Positions 1 to 8,386 of a DNA stretch of 64,000 nucleotides are shown piece after piece. The stretch is from the NCBI GenBank assembly GCA_964513645.1, contig CAZENF010000003.1, positions 127,914 to 191,913 of the forward strand. The letters are read 5' to 3'. Positions within the stretch are counted from its first letter, which is position 1. Every line of letters starts with the position of its first letter. The notes under the pieces were generated by a model. It was given only the letters and a program-made list of their open reading frames with translations. It was not told the DNA's origin and made no database searches. This DNA is from an uncultured Candidatus Saccharibacteria bacterium (GTDB taxonomy: Bacteria; Patescibacteriota; Minisyncoccia; 2-02-FULL-40-12; GWA2-44-9). Made by a program: the position numbers and the translations under genes.

Positions 1-22
1 TTATAAAGCTCGAAGCGATAAA

Positions 23-370
23 CTAGCTCCGTCCATAGTCATCCGCCAATCGGGTGATATCGTCTTCGTCATGTTCGCCGAAAGTGACCTCGATTATCGT
101 AGTATCAGTAATTCCTTCAGCACGATGCGCTTCTTCCTTTTTGAATGCGATAGTGTCGCCGGTCTTCAGAGTCAATGTTTCTTCGTCTTTTTGTATCTTG
201 GCTTCGCCGTCGGCTATAACCCAAAACTCGCTTCGCATCTGATGTTTCTGGAGGCTTAATCTCTGACCCTTTTTAACTTCTATTACTTTGAGATGCCATT
301 TTCCGGTCTCTTCGGCCATATCGTAGTATCCGCCCCAGGGTTTTTCCACGTCTTTGTTTAGTTTTTTCAT
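23..370 (-). CDS. Cupin protein, mannose-6-phosphate isomerase type II C-terminal-like
   Basis: KPWG, GQRLSLQKHQMRSEFW, HR and EDDITRLADDYGR motifs typical of the ManC/PMI C-terminal cupin. Confidence 0.85.
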   Translation of the reverse strand: MKKLNKDVEKPWGGYYDMAEETGKWHLKVIEVKKGQRLSLQKHQMRSEFWVIADGEAKIQKDEETLTLKTGDTIAFKKEEAHRAEGITDTTIIEVTFGEHDEDDITRLADDYGRS

Positions 371-376
371 ATTTTA

Positions 377-2296
377 TTAGTACGCATAAGCGCCGAACAA
401 TCTTAATAAGGTTGGTAAAGGCATCGCGGCTACTCCAACAACTGAATCAGCACCGCCATAGTACATGAATATTGTATCGTTCTTGATAACTGCTCCACAA
501 GGAAATACGACATTGTTGACCTGGCCGTTCTTTTCGAAAGGAAATCTCGGTTCGAGAATTGAGTCATCGGTTCGAGCCAAAATTTTTACCGGGTCTTTAA
601 GATCGGCCAGAATCGCGCCGACCCGGTAATAGCCGTCGTCATCTGAAATTCCATGGTACAACAACAGCCAACCTTTGGAGGTTTTTATCGGCGGGGCGGA
701 AATACCAACCTTTCTTGAATCCCACATTCCTTTGCGGGGTGCTATCCAACGGTATTCTTCAAGCCAGTGCTTACCGTCAAAATTAAGCGATTCGTGATAT
801 GAAATATCTATGTCTTGTCCGGAACGGTGAATGACCACGTATTTGCCGTTTATTTTTTCAGGGAATATCGCGGCATCTTTGTCGTCTATGTCCGGCGGGG
901 AGATAAGTACCGGTTTTGACCAGTTCCATTTTTGTTCGAGAAAATCTTTTTCCGAGATCGAGGTCAGAGCTACTCTGGGAGGACTCGAACCATTATAAGC
1001 GGTGTAGCACATATAAAGATGACTCCCGATCTTAGTGATACGAGGATCTTCACAACCCGAATTCCAATTCGGCTGGGATTTAGTTTCGAACGGTTCTCTC
1101 GGTAAATAGATCGGTTCAGGTCCGCGGTAATCGATATTAATCCCGTCTTTTGAAGTGGCGTAACCGATCACGGATGTATTGTCCTCTGACATTGCCCGGT
1201 AAAGTATGTGAACTTTTCCGCCAAGATATATTGCTGCCGGATTGAAAACAGCTTTTGATTCCCAGGGATGTTCTTTAAGCGGAGAGATTATTTCTTTCTC
1301 ATTTGACCACAGGACTTTTATCGGACCGCGGATAAATTCAAGTTTTGCCAGAAGCATTTTTAAAGATATCATCGCCACACAGATGACGGTATCTGCCCCG
1401 CCGTAGTAGAGATATATCTGTCCGTTCTTTACCAATGCTCCTGAAGGGAAAACTATATTCGGAACATGTCCCATTTTTTCATAATATTCTTCAGGGGTCA
1501 GGAGCGGTGCGCTTGTTCGTCCGATTATCTTGGTAGGATCTTTCAGATCAAGCAGAACGGCCTCAATGCTGAAAACTTGTTTCGGGTTGCCGTAGTCATG
1601 AATATACGAATAAAATATCAGCCAACCGTCTTTTGTTTTTATCGGCGGAGAACCCATTTCGACAAAATCATTCGGTTTTCTCTGGAGAGGCAGGGTGTTC
1701 TTATCCAAATTTTCATACCACTTTTTCCATTTCTCTTCATTCCAAAGATCTTCTTCTTTATCAAAGCTTGCGACGCCTATTTTGACCGGCGGCTGGTCGG
1801 TATTGACGGTCAGGATAGCCCACATTTTGCCGTTAATTTTTTCTGGGAAAAGGGCCATCGCTTTGGCGTTGAAAGGTGTGACGAGATGTTTTTCCTGAAT
1901 TTTTTCGAGGTCCTTGCTTATTGCAACACCGATCTTAATGCCTTCAGCCCGGAACGGATATTCGGAGAGGGCGGTGTAAAATATATAGTATTTTCCGTTG
2001 AGTTTGGTTGTCCGGGGGTCCTCACAGCCATATTTATCCCAGGATTGGTCGGAAACAATGAATCTTTTGCGGTCGGTAAAATTCAGTCCGTCCTTGGAAC
2101 GGCAGATGCCGATGTCAGATATCGATAATTTAAGGTTTGCCCCTGAATGATAATGCGAAAGTGAAACGGCTCGGTAGACCATGAATATTTCTTTGCCTTT
2201 CTCAACCGGACAACCGTTAAAAACCGCCTCTGCTTCCCATGATTGTTGGCGGTTTGGTTTAAGTATCGGGTTTTGGTGGCTTCTCTCTACTAACAT
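377..2296 (-). CDS. Tandem two-domain GH130-family glycoside phosphorylase/glycosidase
   Basis: Two copies of the FN(G/P)...YRA...GCEDPR...YTA...FPEKINGK...VFP.GA...YYGGAD motif set. Confidence 0.9.
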   Translation of the reverse strand: MLVERSHQNPILKPNRQQSWEAEAVFNGCPVEKGKEIFMVYRAVSLSHYHSGANLKLSISDIGICRSKDGLNFTDRKRFIVSDQSWDKYGCEDPRTTKLNGKYYIFYTALSEYPFRAEGIKIGVAISKDLEKIQEKHLVTPFNAKAMALFPEKINGKMWAILTVNTDQPPVKIGVASFDKEEDLWNEEKWKKWYENLDKNTLPLQRKPNDFVEMGSPPIKTKDGWLIFYSYIHDYGNPKQVFSIEAVLLDLKDPTKIIGRTSAPLLTPEEYYEKMGHVPNIVFPSGALVKNGQIYLYYGGADTVICVAMISLKMLLAKLEFIRGPIKVLWSNEKEIISPLKEHPWESKAVFNPAAIYLGGKVHILYRAMSEDNTSVIGYATSKDGINIDYRGPEPIYLPREPFETKSQPNWNSGCEDPRITKIGSHLYMCYTAYNGSSPPRVALTSISEKDFLEQKWNWSKPVLISPPDIDDKDAAIFPEKINGKYVVIHRSGQDIDISYHESLNFDGKHWLEEYRWIAPRKGMWDSRKVGISAPPIKTSKGWLLLYHGISDDDGYYRVGAILADLKDPVKILARTDDSILEPRFPFEKNGQVNNVVFPCGAVIKNDTIFMYYGGADSVVGVAAMPLPTLLRLFGAYAY

Positions 2297-2315
2297 TTAT
2301 AACTTGTTGGTTGCT

Positions 2316-2346
2316 CCGCTATCCCGTCAAGGCGGGATTACAGCGG
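2316..2346. repeat. Small intergenic palindrome (ccgct-ATCCCGtc-aa-ggCGGGAT-taca-gcgg)
   Basis: Nested inverted repeat between co-oriented GH130 genes; no U-tract. Confidence 0.55.
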
Positions 2347-2359
2347 TACGCTTAAGAGT

Positions 2360-3493
2360 CTATCCTTTTAAAGGTGATGTCCTAAGTTTAGGTTCTTTAT
2401 GATTCTTAAGTTCGTTTATAAATTCTTCAAAATCAGTGTGGGCAACACAAACATAACTATCGGCTCCACCGTAATAGACAAGAAGTTTTCTGTTCTTTAC
2501 CACCGCGCCTGAAGCATAGACAACTCCGCCTTTAAAACCGTGATTCTCGTAATGTTCGTTCGGTTCAAGTATCGGAGCTTTTGCCCGGGCGATTATTCTA
2601 GTCGGATCGTCTTGGTCAAGAAGCATTGCTCCGACGCGGTATTTGCCCCAGTCGTTATCCATTGCGTGATAGAACAAGAGCCAGCCATATTTAGTCTTAA
2701 TCGGTACCGGTCCTGCGCCACGTAGCCACCTATCCCAACAGTTTTTTCTGCGTTTTCCGCCGCCGTGGAAACTTTGAATATAATTTGTATCATCGAATTC
2801 CATCGTATCTCGGTACTCAACTTTTATTTCAGGATTTATGCTGTGCAATATCGCGTATTTTCCTTTTATTTTTTCCGGGAATATCAGCCAGTTTTTATGA
2901 ACCTCTCCGGGAGGGGAAAGAAGGATGGGTTCGGTCCAGTTCCACCTCTTATTTCTGAAGTCATCAACTTTTATGGAAGTTAAAGCGACCCGTAAATCTC
3001 CGTTGCAGGCGGTGTAGGTCATAAAAAGAGCATCTTCATTGCCTACTCTGACTATTCTCGGGTCTTCTCCGCCGCCCCATGAGCCGCCGGAAAAATATGA
3101 AAAAACATTATAAGACCTTTTTTGGTTAGGGTGTTCATAGGCCGGTTGAGGGTGGCGCTCTTTTATTCCAAAACCGTCGTCTGATGCGGCATAACCCAGA
3201 CGGGAAACACCGTCAGGTCCTATTGCCCGGTACATAAAATGAACTTTATCATCGAGCTGGACAACTCCTGGATTAAACGTCTGCCAGCCGTCCCATTCAT
3301 TGTTGTGCCGGGGAGAGATTATCGGATTAGAATGCGGTTTCCGAAGGGCTAATTTTGGAAAAGATTTTTTGGCCGGAGATTTTTTCTGTTTTTTTTGGTT
3401 TTTCGGTTTTGAAACCAACTTAACATTTCTCTTTTTTGGAGTTGTCGTTTTTTCTGTTTTTTTTCTGCCAAATCTTGACTTTTTTTGGGCCAT
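2360..3493 (-). CDS. GH130-family glycoside phosphorylase/glycosidase with Lys-rich N-terminal extension
   Basis: TFNPG, MYRA, GGEDPR, MTYTA, HKNW.IFPEKI, YYGGAD motifs. Confidence 0.9.
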   Translation of the reverse strand: MAQKKSRFGRKKTEKTTTPKKRNVKLVSKPKNQKKQKKSPAKKSFPKLALRKPHSNPIISPRHNNEWDGWQTFNPGVVQLDDKVHFMYRAIGPDGVSRLGYAASDDGFGIKERHPQPAYEHPNQKRSYNVFSYFSGGSWGGGEDPRIVRVGNEDALFMTYTACNGDLRVALTSIKVDDFRNKRWNWTEPILLSPPGEVHKNWLIFPEKIKGKYAILHSINPEIKVEYRDTMEFDDTNYIQSFHGGGKRRKNCWDRWLRGAGPVPIKTKYGWLLFYHAMDNDWGKYRVGAMLLDQDDPTRIIARAKAPILEPNEHYENHGFKGGVVYASGAVVKNRKLLVYYGGADSYVCVAHTDFEEFINELKNHKEPKLRTSPLKG

Positions 3494-3614
3494 TTAAGTA
3501 TGAAAAGACACTTAAATTATAAGGCTTTTTTACTTCTTAGACAAACAAAAATGGTGGATAACAATATTGATATAAATGATAGTATTTTGGTCATAAATCG
3601 TGTATTATTAAATT

Positions 3615-4358
3615 GTGAAGAAGAATCTATTGATCATGGGAATATTGTTTATTGTCCTGACCTTTGGGACGTTTTTTGTTTTGAAAAAAGACCAGCCTGG
3701 CAAGATCGGAGAACCGTTGCCGTCGCCCCGTCAGTATGTGTCGCCAACAACCAAAGCCAGTCCGTCAGTTTCCACTGTGTCCGGGGGTCTTCCTTCAGAA
3801 ATAAATCTCAACGTACCTTTTACTTCACAGGCGCCTTTTCAGGACTGGAGTCTGCCGTATGATGAATTTTGCGAGGAAGCATCGACCCTGATGGCGGCAA
3901 GTTATATCAAAGGTTCGCCGATAATAGACCCGGCAGATGCGAATAAAAAACTTTTGGAGATAAAAGCGTTTGAAGAAAAGTTCTTTGGTTTTTACGAGGA
4001 TACAAATACCGAACAGACTGCCATGATACTCACTAACTATTATGGTATCAAAAACATTAAAGTTTTATATGAACCCACTCTCGATGATATTAAAAAGTCT
4101 CTTGCCGGAGGTAAGGTTGTTTTGCTACCCGCAGCCGGGCAATTACTCGGCAACCCGTATTACCGTCAGCCGGGACCCATTTATCACATGCTTGTACTGA
4201 AGGGCTATACCAAGGACGGCAATATTATCACTAACGATCCTGGAACAAGAAGAGGCGAGAATTATATTTACGACGCTTCGGTTCTAATGAATGCGATGCA
4301 TGATTGGAATAACGGGGACATCCTCTCCGGCCGCAAAGCAGTCATAATAGTGGGCTAA
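3615..4358 (+). CDS. Membrane-anchored peptidase C39-like family protein
   Basis: N-terminal TM; LNVPFTSQAP, catalytic CEEAS, YHMLVLKGY, NDPGT motifs. Confidence 0.8.
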   Translation: MKKNLLIMGILFIVLTFGTFFVLKKDQPGKIGEPLPSPRQYVSPTTKASPSVSTVSGGLPSEINLNVPFTSQAPFQDWSLPYDEFCEEASTLMAASYIKGSPIIDPADANKKLLEIKAFEEKFFGFYEDTNTEQTAMILTNYYGIKNIKVLYEPTLDDIKKSLAGGKVVLLPAAGQLLGNPYYRQPGPIYHMLVLKGYTKDGNIITNDPGTRRGENYIYDASVLMNAMHDWNNGDILSGRKAVIIVG

Positions 4359-4370
4359 TATCTAAAATTA

Positions 4371-4495
4371 AAAATCCCGCGTAGGCTTCAGTCTATGAAG
4401 GGACTTGCGCAGGCCGACTGGGCCGAGCACGAAGCAAAATTTCAGCAGAAATTTATGCTGTGCCCTGAATGGGCTGAAGCCGAGAGCGGGATTTT
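4371..4495. repeat. 125-nt branched palindromic element (MITE-like or structured RNA)
   Basis: AAAATCCCGC (4371-4380) pairs with GCGGGATTTT (4486-4495); 4384-4396 pairs with 4469-4481 using G-T pairs; internal hairpins. Confidence 0.65.
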
Positions 4496-4511
4496 CGTAG
4501 GAGCATTAAAC

Positions 4512-4540
4512 TTGCATATATAGAAGTTTTGTGTTATAAT
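4512..4540 (+). promoter_or_regulatory. Sigma70-type promoter
   Basis: TTGCAT-17 nt-TATAAT with TGn extension. Confidence 0.65.
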
Positions 4541-4616
4541 CTTGAAAGTACCATGGATAGGGGCAATTTCGTCCCATCCTATCTCTCGATCCGCCCCGGG
4601 CGGTGAAGGAGGAAAA

Positions 4617-5003
4617 ATGAAGATTCAAGTCGTCTCGAGGGATCCGCGTGTTCCGTTCCAGATTTCCAAAGAGAACGAGAAGAGGATTTACGAGTCTGCC
4701 GAAACCGCCGATGCGCTCAAGGCGCTCAACAGCATCGATCGGATCGCCAAGGTCATGGAGCTCTACGCTTCGGCGAAGATGATTCTCGCGAACCTCCATC
4801 AGTCGAAGATGGTGCGCCGTCTTGCCCACTGGCAGACGACCTGCCGTTTCGACGGCTGCCCGAAACAGCCCCGCATCGTCGGCCGCCGTCAGACCAGGAC
4901 TCATCTTTTCTGCAAGGGTCACACGTTGGTTGCGAGCTGCCTGTCGCGCGTGGACTACGAACGTCTCAAGTCGAGCTCGATGCTCCGCGTTGTCGTCGGG
5001 TAG
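4617..5003 (+). CDS. Hypothetical protein with C-x4-C-x17-C-x2-H putative zinc finger
   Basis: Strong SD AAGGAGG before ATG 4617; own promoter and terminator; CRFDGC...CKGH. Confidence 0.65.
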   Translation: MKIQVVSRDPRVPFQISKENEKRIYESAETADALKALNSIDRIAKVMELYASAKMILANLHQSKMVRRLAHWQTTCRFDGCPKQPRIVGRRQTRTHLFCKGHTLVASCLSRVDYERLKSSSMLRVVVG

Positions 5004-5008
5004 TATCT

Positions 5009-5036
5009 GCCCCGCCTGATTAAATTCAGGCGGGGC
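5009..5036. terminator. Intrinsic terminator between convergent genes
   Basis: 11-bp stem GCCCCGCCTGA/TCAGGCGGGGC followed by T-rich sequence. Confidence 0.75.
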
Positions 5037-5044
5037 CATTTTAT

Positions 5045-6403
5045 TTATATGGTTCTATGAGGGTCGAGTTCTGTATCAGTCAAAGGCGATTGAGGCAGTT
5101 GTCGGATACGATATGGCAGGAGGATAATTAGAAACAGCATTTCGGTTGTACTGGCCAAAGCGAATGCGACCGGAATGGCTAAGATATCAAGCGACGGTAA
5201 CAGGAGATAACCTACCCCGATGGCGATGATCAGACCTATCACTGACATTATCACCGGTATCACGGTGTTTTTTGTTGCATAAAAAGCTCGGGCCAGAAGG
5301 TGGATAATAGATTCGGTCGGAATGCCCAAGGTAAATATTCCAAGAGTCATCGCGGTTCTGGCAATGGCTTTTTCATCAAAGCGTCCGCCGCCTAAGACGA
5401 GGCGTATCAAAGGTTCTCTGATGATGAACGTAACAACCGCGCAAAAAACACTGCCGGCAAATATCAGCAGAAAAGAATCTTTTAAGGTTTTTTTAAATTT
5501 TTCAGTTGAATGGGAAGCGATGGTTTCCGAAAGGACCGGAAAGGCGGTGGTGGCGAAAGTTATACCTATCAGACTGACCGGAACGCTCATGAAGTCTCTG
5601 GCAAAATTCATGACCGCGACCGAACCGGCGCTTAAACTCGAAGCCAGAACGGTGAATCCCCAGAACATTGCGAGCTCGACTGGATGGCCGAACATTTTAG
5701 GAAGCATCAGCGCAACGGTTTTTTTGAATTCTGGCGTTTTGAAATTAAAATTCATTTTAAATTTATAACCAGAAAGATAGCCGTCGATAATGCGGATGAG
5801 CATGTGGAACCCCGCGCCGCAGACGGTGCCGATTGCTACCCCGTTTATCCCGAAATATGGCGACAAAAATACCGCGCCCAATATCATCCCTAAGTTATAA
5901 AGTATCGGTGAAATTCCGTAGAAGAAAAATCTTTTTTTAGCCACCAGCATCGCTCCGATGGTATTGGATACCCCGAACATTATCGGCGATAACGAAAGCC
6001 ATCTTAAAATTCCGGTAACCATCGCCCGGCCTTCGGCGTCAAATCCGGGAGCGACGATAAAACTTATCTGCTTGGCAAAAACCACGAAAAATATTCCGGT
6101 CATGGTCATGGTTATTATCGCGGCTGAAACGACTGAATTTGAATAGGCATATGCCTTTTCGTGGTCTGATCGGTAAATTTCGCTGAAAAGAGGGACGAAA
6201 GCAGCCGCAATCCCGCTGGCAATAAGGATATTAAACAAAAGGTCGGGCATTAAAAAAGCGGCATTGTAAGCGTCCAACGCCCGTGAGGCGCCGAAAATAT
6301 GGGCAAACAGACGGTCTCTGAAAAGACCGAGCAGGTAAGAAACCAGGGTGGTCGAGGCTAAAACAGCGCTTCCGGCCGGAACGATCTTGAGGAGTTTGTT
6401 CAT
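5045..6403 (-). CDS. murJ: Lipid II flippase MurJ (MviN)
   Basis: LGLFRDRLFAHIFGA, DAYNAAFLMPD, APGF, LARAFYA motifs; multi-TM. Confidence 0.9.
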   Translation of the reverse strand: MNKLLKIVPAGSAVLASTTLVSYLLGLFRDRLFAHIFGASRALDAYNAAFLMPDLLFNILIASGIAAAFVPLFSEIYRSDHEKAYAYSNSVVSAAIITMTMTGIFFVVFAKQISFIVAPGFDAEGRAMVTGILRWLSLSPIMFGVSNTIGAMLVAKKRFFFYGISPILYNLGMILGAVFLSPYFGINGVAIGTVCGAGFHMLIRIIDGYLSGYKFKMNFNFKTPEFKKTVALMLPKMFGHPVELAMFWGFTVLASSLSAGSVAVMNFARDFMSVPVSLIGITFATTAFPVLSETIASHSTEKFKKTLKDSFLLIFAGSVFCAVVTFIIREPLIRLVLGGGRFDEKAIARTAMTLGIFTLGIPTESIIHLLARAFYATKNTVIPVIMSVIGLIIAIGVGYLLLPSLDILAIPVAFALASTTEMLFLIILLPYRIRQLPQSPLTDTELDPHRTI

Positions 6404-6424
6404 ATAATGTGATAAAATAATAAC

Positions 6425-6826
6425 ATGACCAAATCTATATACAAAATTCTTATCGTTGAAGATGAAAAACTTATGCAGGAGCTCCTTACCGACCGTCTTT
6501 CTAAAGAGCCGATATTTAAGATCTACACCGCCAGCAACGGTGAGGAAGGGTTCGAAGTTTGCCGGGAATATATTCCAGACCTGATACTCCTTGATATAAA
6601 AATGCCTGTTATGGACGGGATAATGATGATGAGGGAGTTAAAAAAATACGAACAACTCAAGGATATTCCGATAATATTTCTGACCAATCTCGATCCGGAT
6701 GAGGACATTATCAAAAAGATCTCGGAAGAAAAACCGTCATACTACCTTATCAAAGCGAAAACAAATCTCGAGGATATTACCGAGAGGGTTAAAGAGACTC
6801 TTTCTGCAAAAAGACCGACATCTTAA
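6425..6826 (+). CDS. Single-domain response regulator (receiver)
   Basis: ILIVEDE, DLILLDIKMPVMDG, FLTN, YLIK. Confidence 0.9.
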   Translation: MTKSIYKILIVEDEKLMQELLTDRLSKEPIFKIYTASNGEEGFEVCREYIPDLILLDIKMPVMDGIMMMRELKKYEQLKDIPIIFLTNLDPDEDIIKKISEEKPSYYLIKAKTNLEDITERVKETLSAKRPTS

Positions 6827-6901
6827 AAAAGCCGGACAGGCCCAAAAACTCTTATAATTTAAGGAAATTTAATCCATAGGCTGGTCAGCTGGTTTTTTTT
6901 G

Positions 6902-6928
6902 TGTAACAATTTGGCGCCAATAACGTCT
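6902..6928 (+). promoter_or_regulatory. Putative ECF-sigma autoregulatory promoter TGTAAC-N16-CGTCT
   Basis: AAC/CGT ECF-type elements directly upstream of the ECF gene; similar motifs at 7550-7576 and 39742-39768. Confidence 0.6.
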
Positions 6929-6934
6929 TCAAAT

Positions 6935-7447
6935 ATGTCAGAACATAACGTGCTCAATGAACAATTCATGCAAGCCTATGACCAGTTTTCAGATGCTATA
7001 TTCAGGCATTGCTGGTTTAGGATTGGGGATCGTGAGAAGGCCAAAGATCTGATGCAGGATACTTTCACCAAATCATGGCAGTACATCGCCGATGGGGGCG
7101 TGGTCCAGAACCTTAAGCCATTTCTTTACCGCGTTGCCAATAATCTTATAATTGATGAATACCGGAAGAAAAAAGAACTTTCGCTTGATAGTCTTCAGAC
7201 CCTGGGCTTTGATCCTGGATTTGACGACCGGAACAGGAATGACAACCGGATCGACGCCAAACTGGCGGTCAGTGTGGTGAATCAGCTCGACGATAAATAT
7301 AAAGAGGTGGTTTTGATGAGATATATTGACGACATGTCGCCTTCGGAAATTGCCGAAGCCGTCGGAGAATCGGAGAATAACGTTTCAGTCAGGATACATC
7401 GCGGCCTTAAACAGTTAAAAGAAATTCTTGGAAAAAATGGAAGATAA
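6935..7447 (+). CDS. ECF-family RNA polymerase sigma factor
   Basis: AKDLMQDTF, FLYRVANNLIIDEYRK (region 2) and EIAEAVGESENNVSVRIHRG (region 4); ATG 6935 preferred. Confidence 0.92.
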   Translation: MSEHNVLNEQFMQAYDQFSDAIFRHCWFRIGDREKAKDLMQDTFTKSWQYIADGGVVQNLKPFLYRVANNLIIDEYRKKKELSLDSLQTLGFDPGFDDRNRNDNRIDAKLAVSVVNQLDDKYKEVVLMRYIDDMSPSEIAEAVGESENNVSVRIHRGLKQLKEILGKNGR

Positions 7448-8303
7448 AAATTTCGAACAATTTATAAAAGAAGTTAGAAAGTCTGGCCTTTCCGACGAAG
7501 AACGTAACTCTATCCGGGAGTCAGTTTTTAATTTTATAAAAAATAATCCTGTAAGCGGTCAAACCCAACCCCGTCTCAAATACAGTTCCGGAAAAAATTT
7601 CTGGGACTGGTCGAGTATATATTTAAGAAATTTTAATTTAGCATCCATCATGGCACTATTACTCATCTTAACAGTAGCAGTTTCAAGCGGTGTCGGCCTG
7701 GCGGCTGAAAAAGCTCTGCCCGGCGACTTCCTTTATCCGGTGAAGCTCAATGTTAACGAGAACATTAGAGGTTTGACCAATATCACCGATCAACAAAAGG
7801 CCGATTGGGAAATTCAAAAAGCCGACCGCCGGCTCGAAGAAGCGGAAAACCTGGCTTCGAAAGGTTCTCTGGACTCGAAGAATCAGGCTGTTATCGAGGC
7901 TAATTTTGAAGCCCAATCTCGAAAAGTAAAGGACAGAATAAATAGTTTTGAAGATAAAAGTGACTTCAAGGCGGCGGCAAGCGTAAGCGCCAGTTTTGAA
8001 ACATCTCTGCAGGTTCACGAAAAAATATTACAGAAGATATCTGAAGAAAAAAAAGATTCTAAGAAAGATATCGAACCTATCGACGCTAAGATACGTTCGG
8101 AAGTAACAAGCATCAGGAACAGAAGAGACCACCTTGAGCTAAAGATAAGGTCCCACGGAAATACTAAGTTTAGGGAAGGTAAAAAAAGCAGTTCAAGTGA
8201 CGATAATTGGTCGGACACAGAGGTTAACGATGACATCAACATGAAAACAGCCAGCAGCTCAATCCGGCAAGACGGACATCTCAGATTAAAACTTAGATTT
8301 TAA
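7437..8303 (+). CDS. Putative anti-sigma factor, DUF5667-like membrane protein
   Basis: Overlaps the ECF gene stop; single TM then AEKALPGDFLYPVKLNVNE...RRLEEA. Confidence 0.7.
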   Translation: MEDKNFEQFIKEVRKSGLSDEERNSIRESVFNFIKNNPVSGQTQPRLKYSSGKNFWDWSSIYLRNFNLASIMALLLILTVAVSSGVGLAAEKALPGDFLYPVKLNVNENIRGLTNITDQQKADWEIQKADRRLEEAENLASKGSLDSKNQAVIEANFEAQSRKVKDRINSFEDKSDFKAAASVSASFETSLQVHEKILQKISEEKKDSKKDIEPIDAKIRSEVTSIRNRRDHLELKIRSHGNTKFREGKKSSSSDDNWSDTEVNDDINMKTASSSIRQDGHLRLKLRF

Positions 8304-8312
8304 AACAAACAT

Positions 8313-8352
8313 AAAAACACAACATCCCGCATCTGCGGGATGTTGTGTTTTT
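8313..8352 (+). terminator. Intrinsic terminator
   Basis: Perfect 18-bp stem AAAAACACAACATCCCGC/GCGGGATGTTGTGTTTTT, 4-nt loop. Confidence 0.8.
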
Positions 8353-8386
8353 GGTGCAATGAATTTAATTCTGTTATAATCCCAGT

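Noticed and set aside
4506-5039. 177-aa minus-strand ORF
   Set aside because: Antisense shadow of the GC-rich plus-strand gene, which has promoter, SD and terminator support
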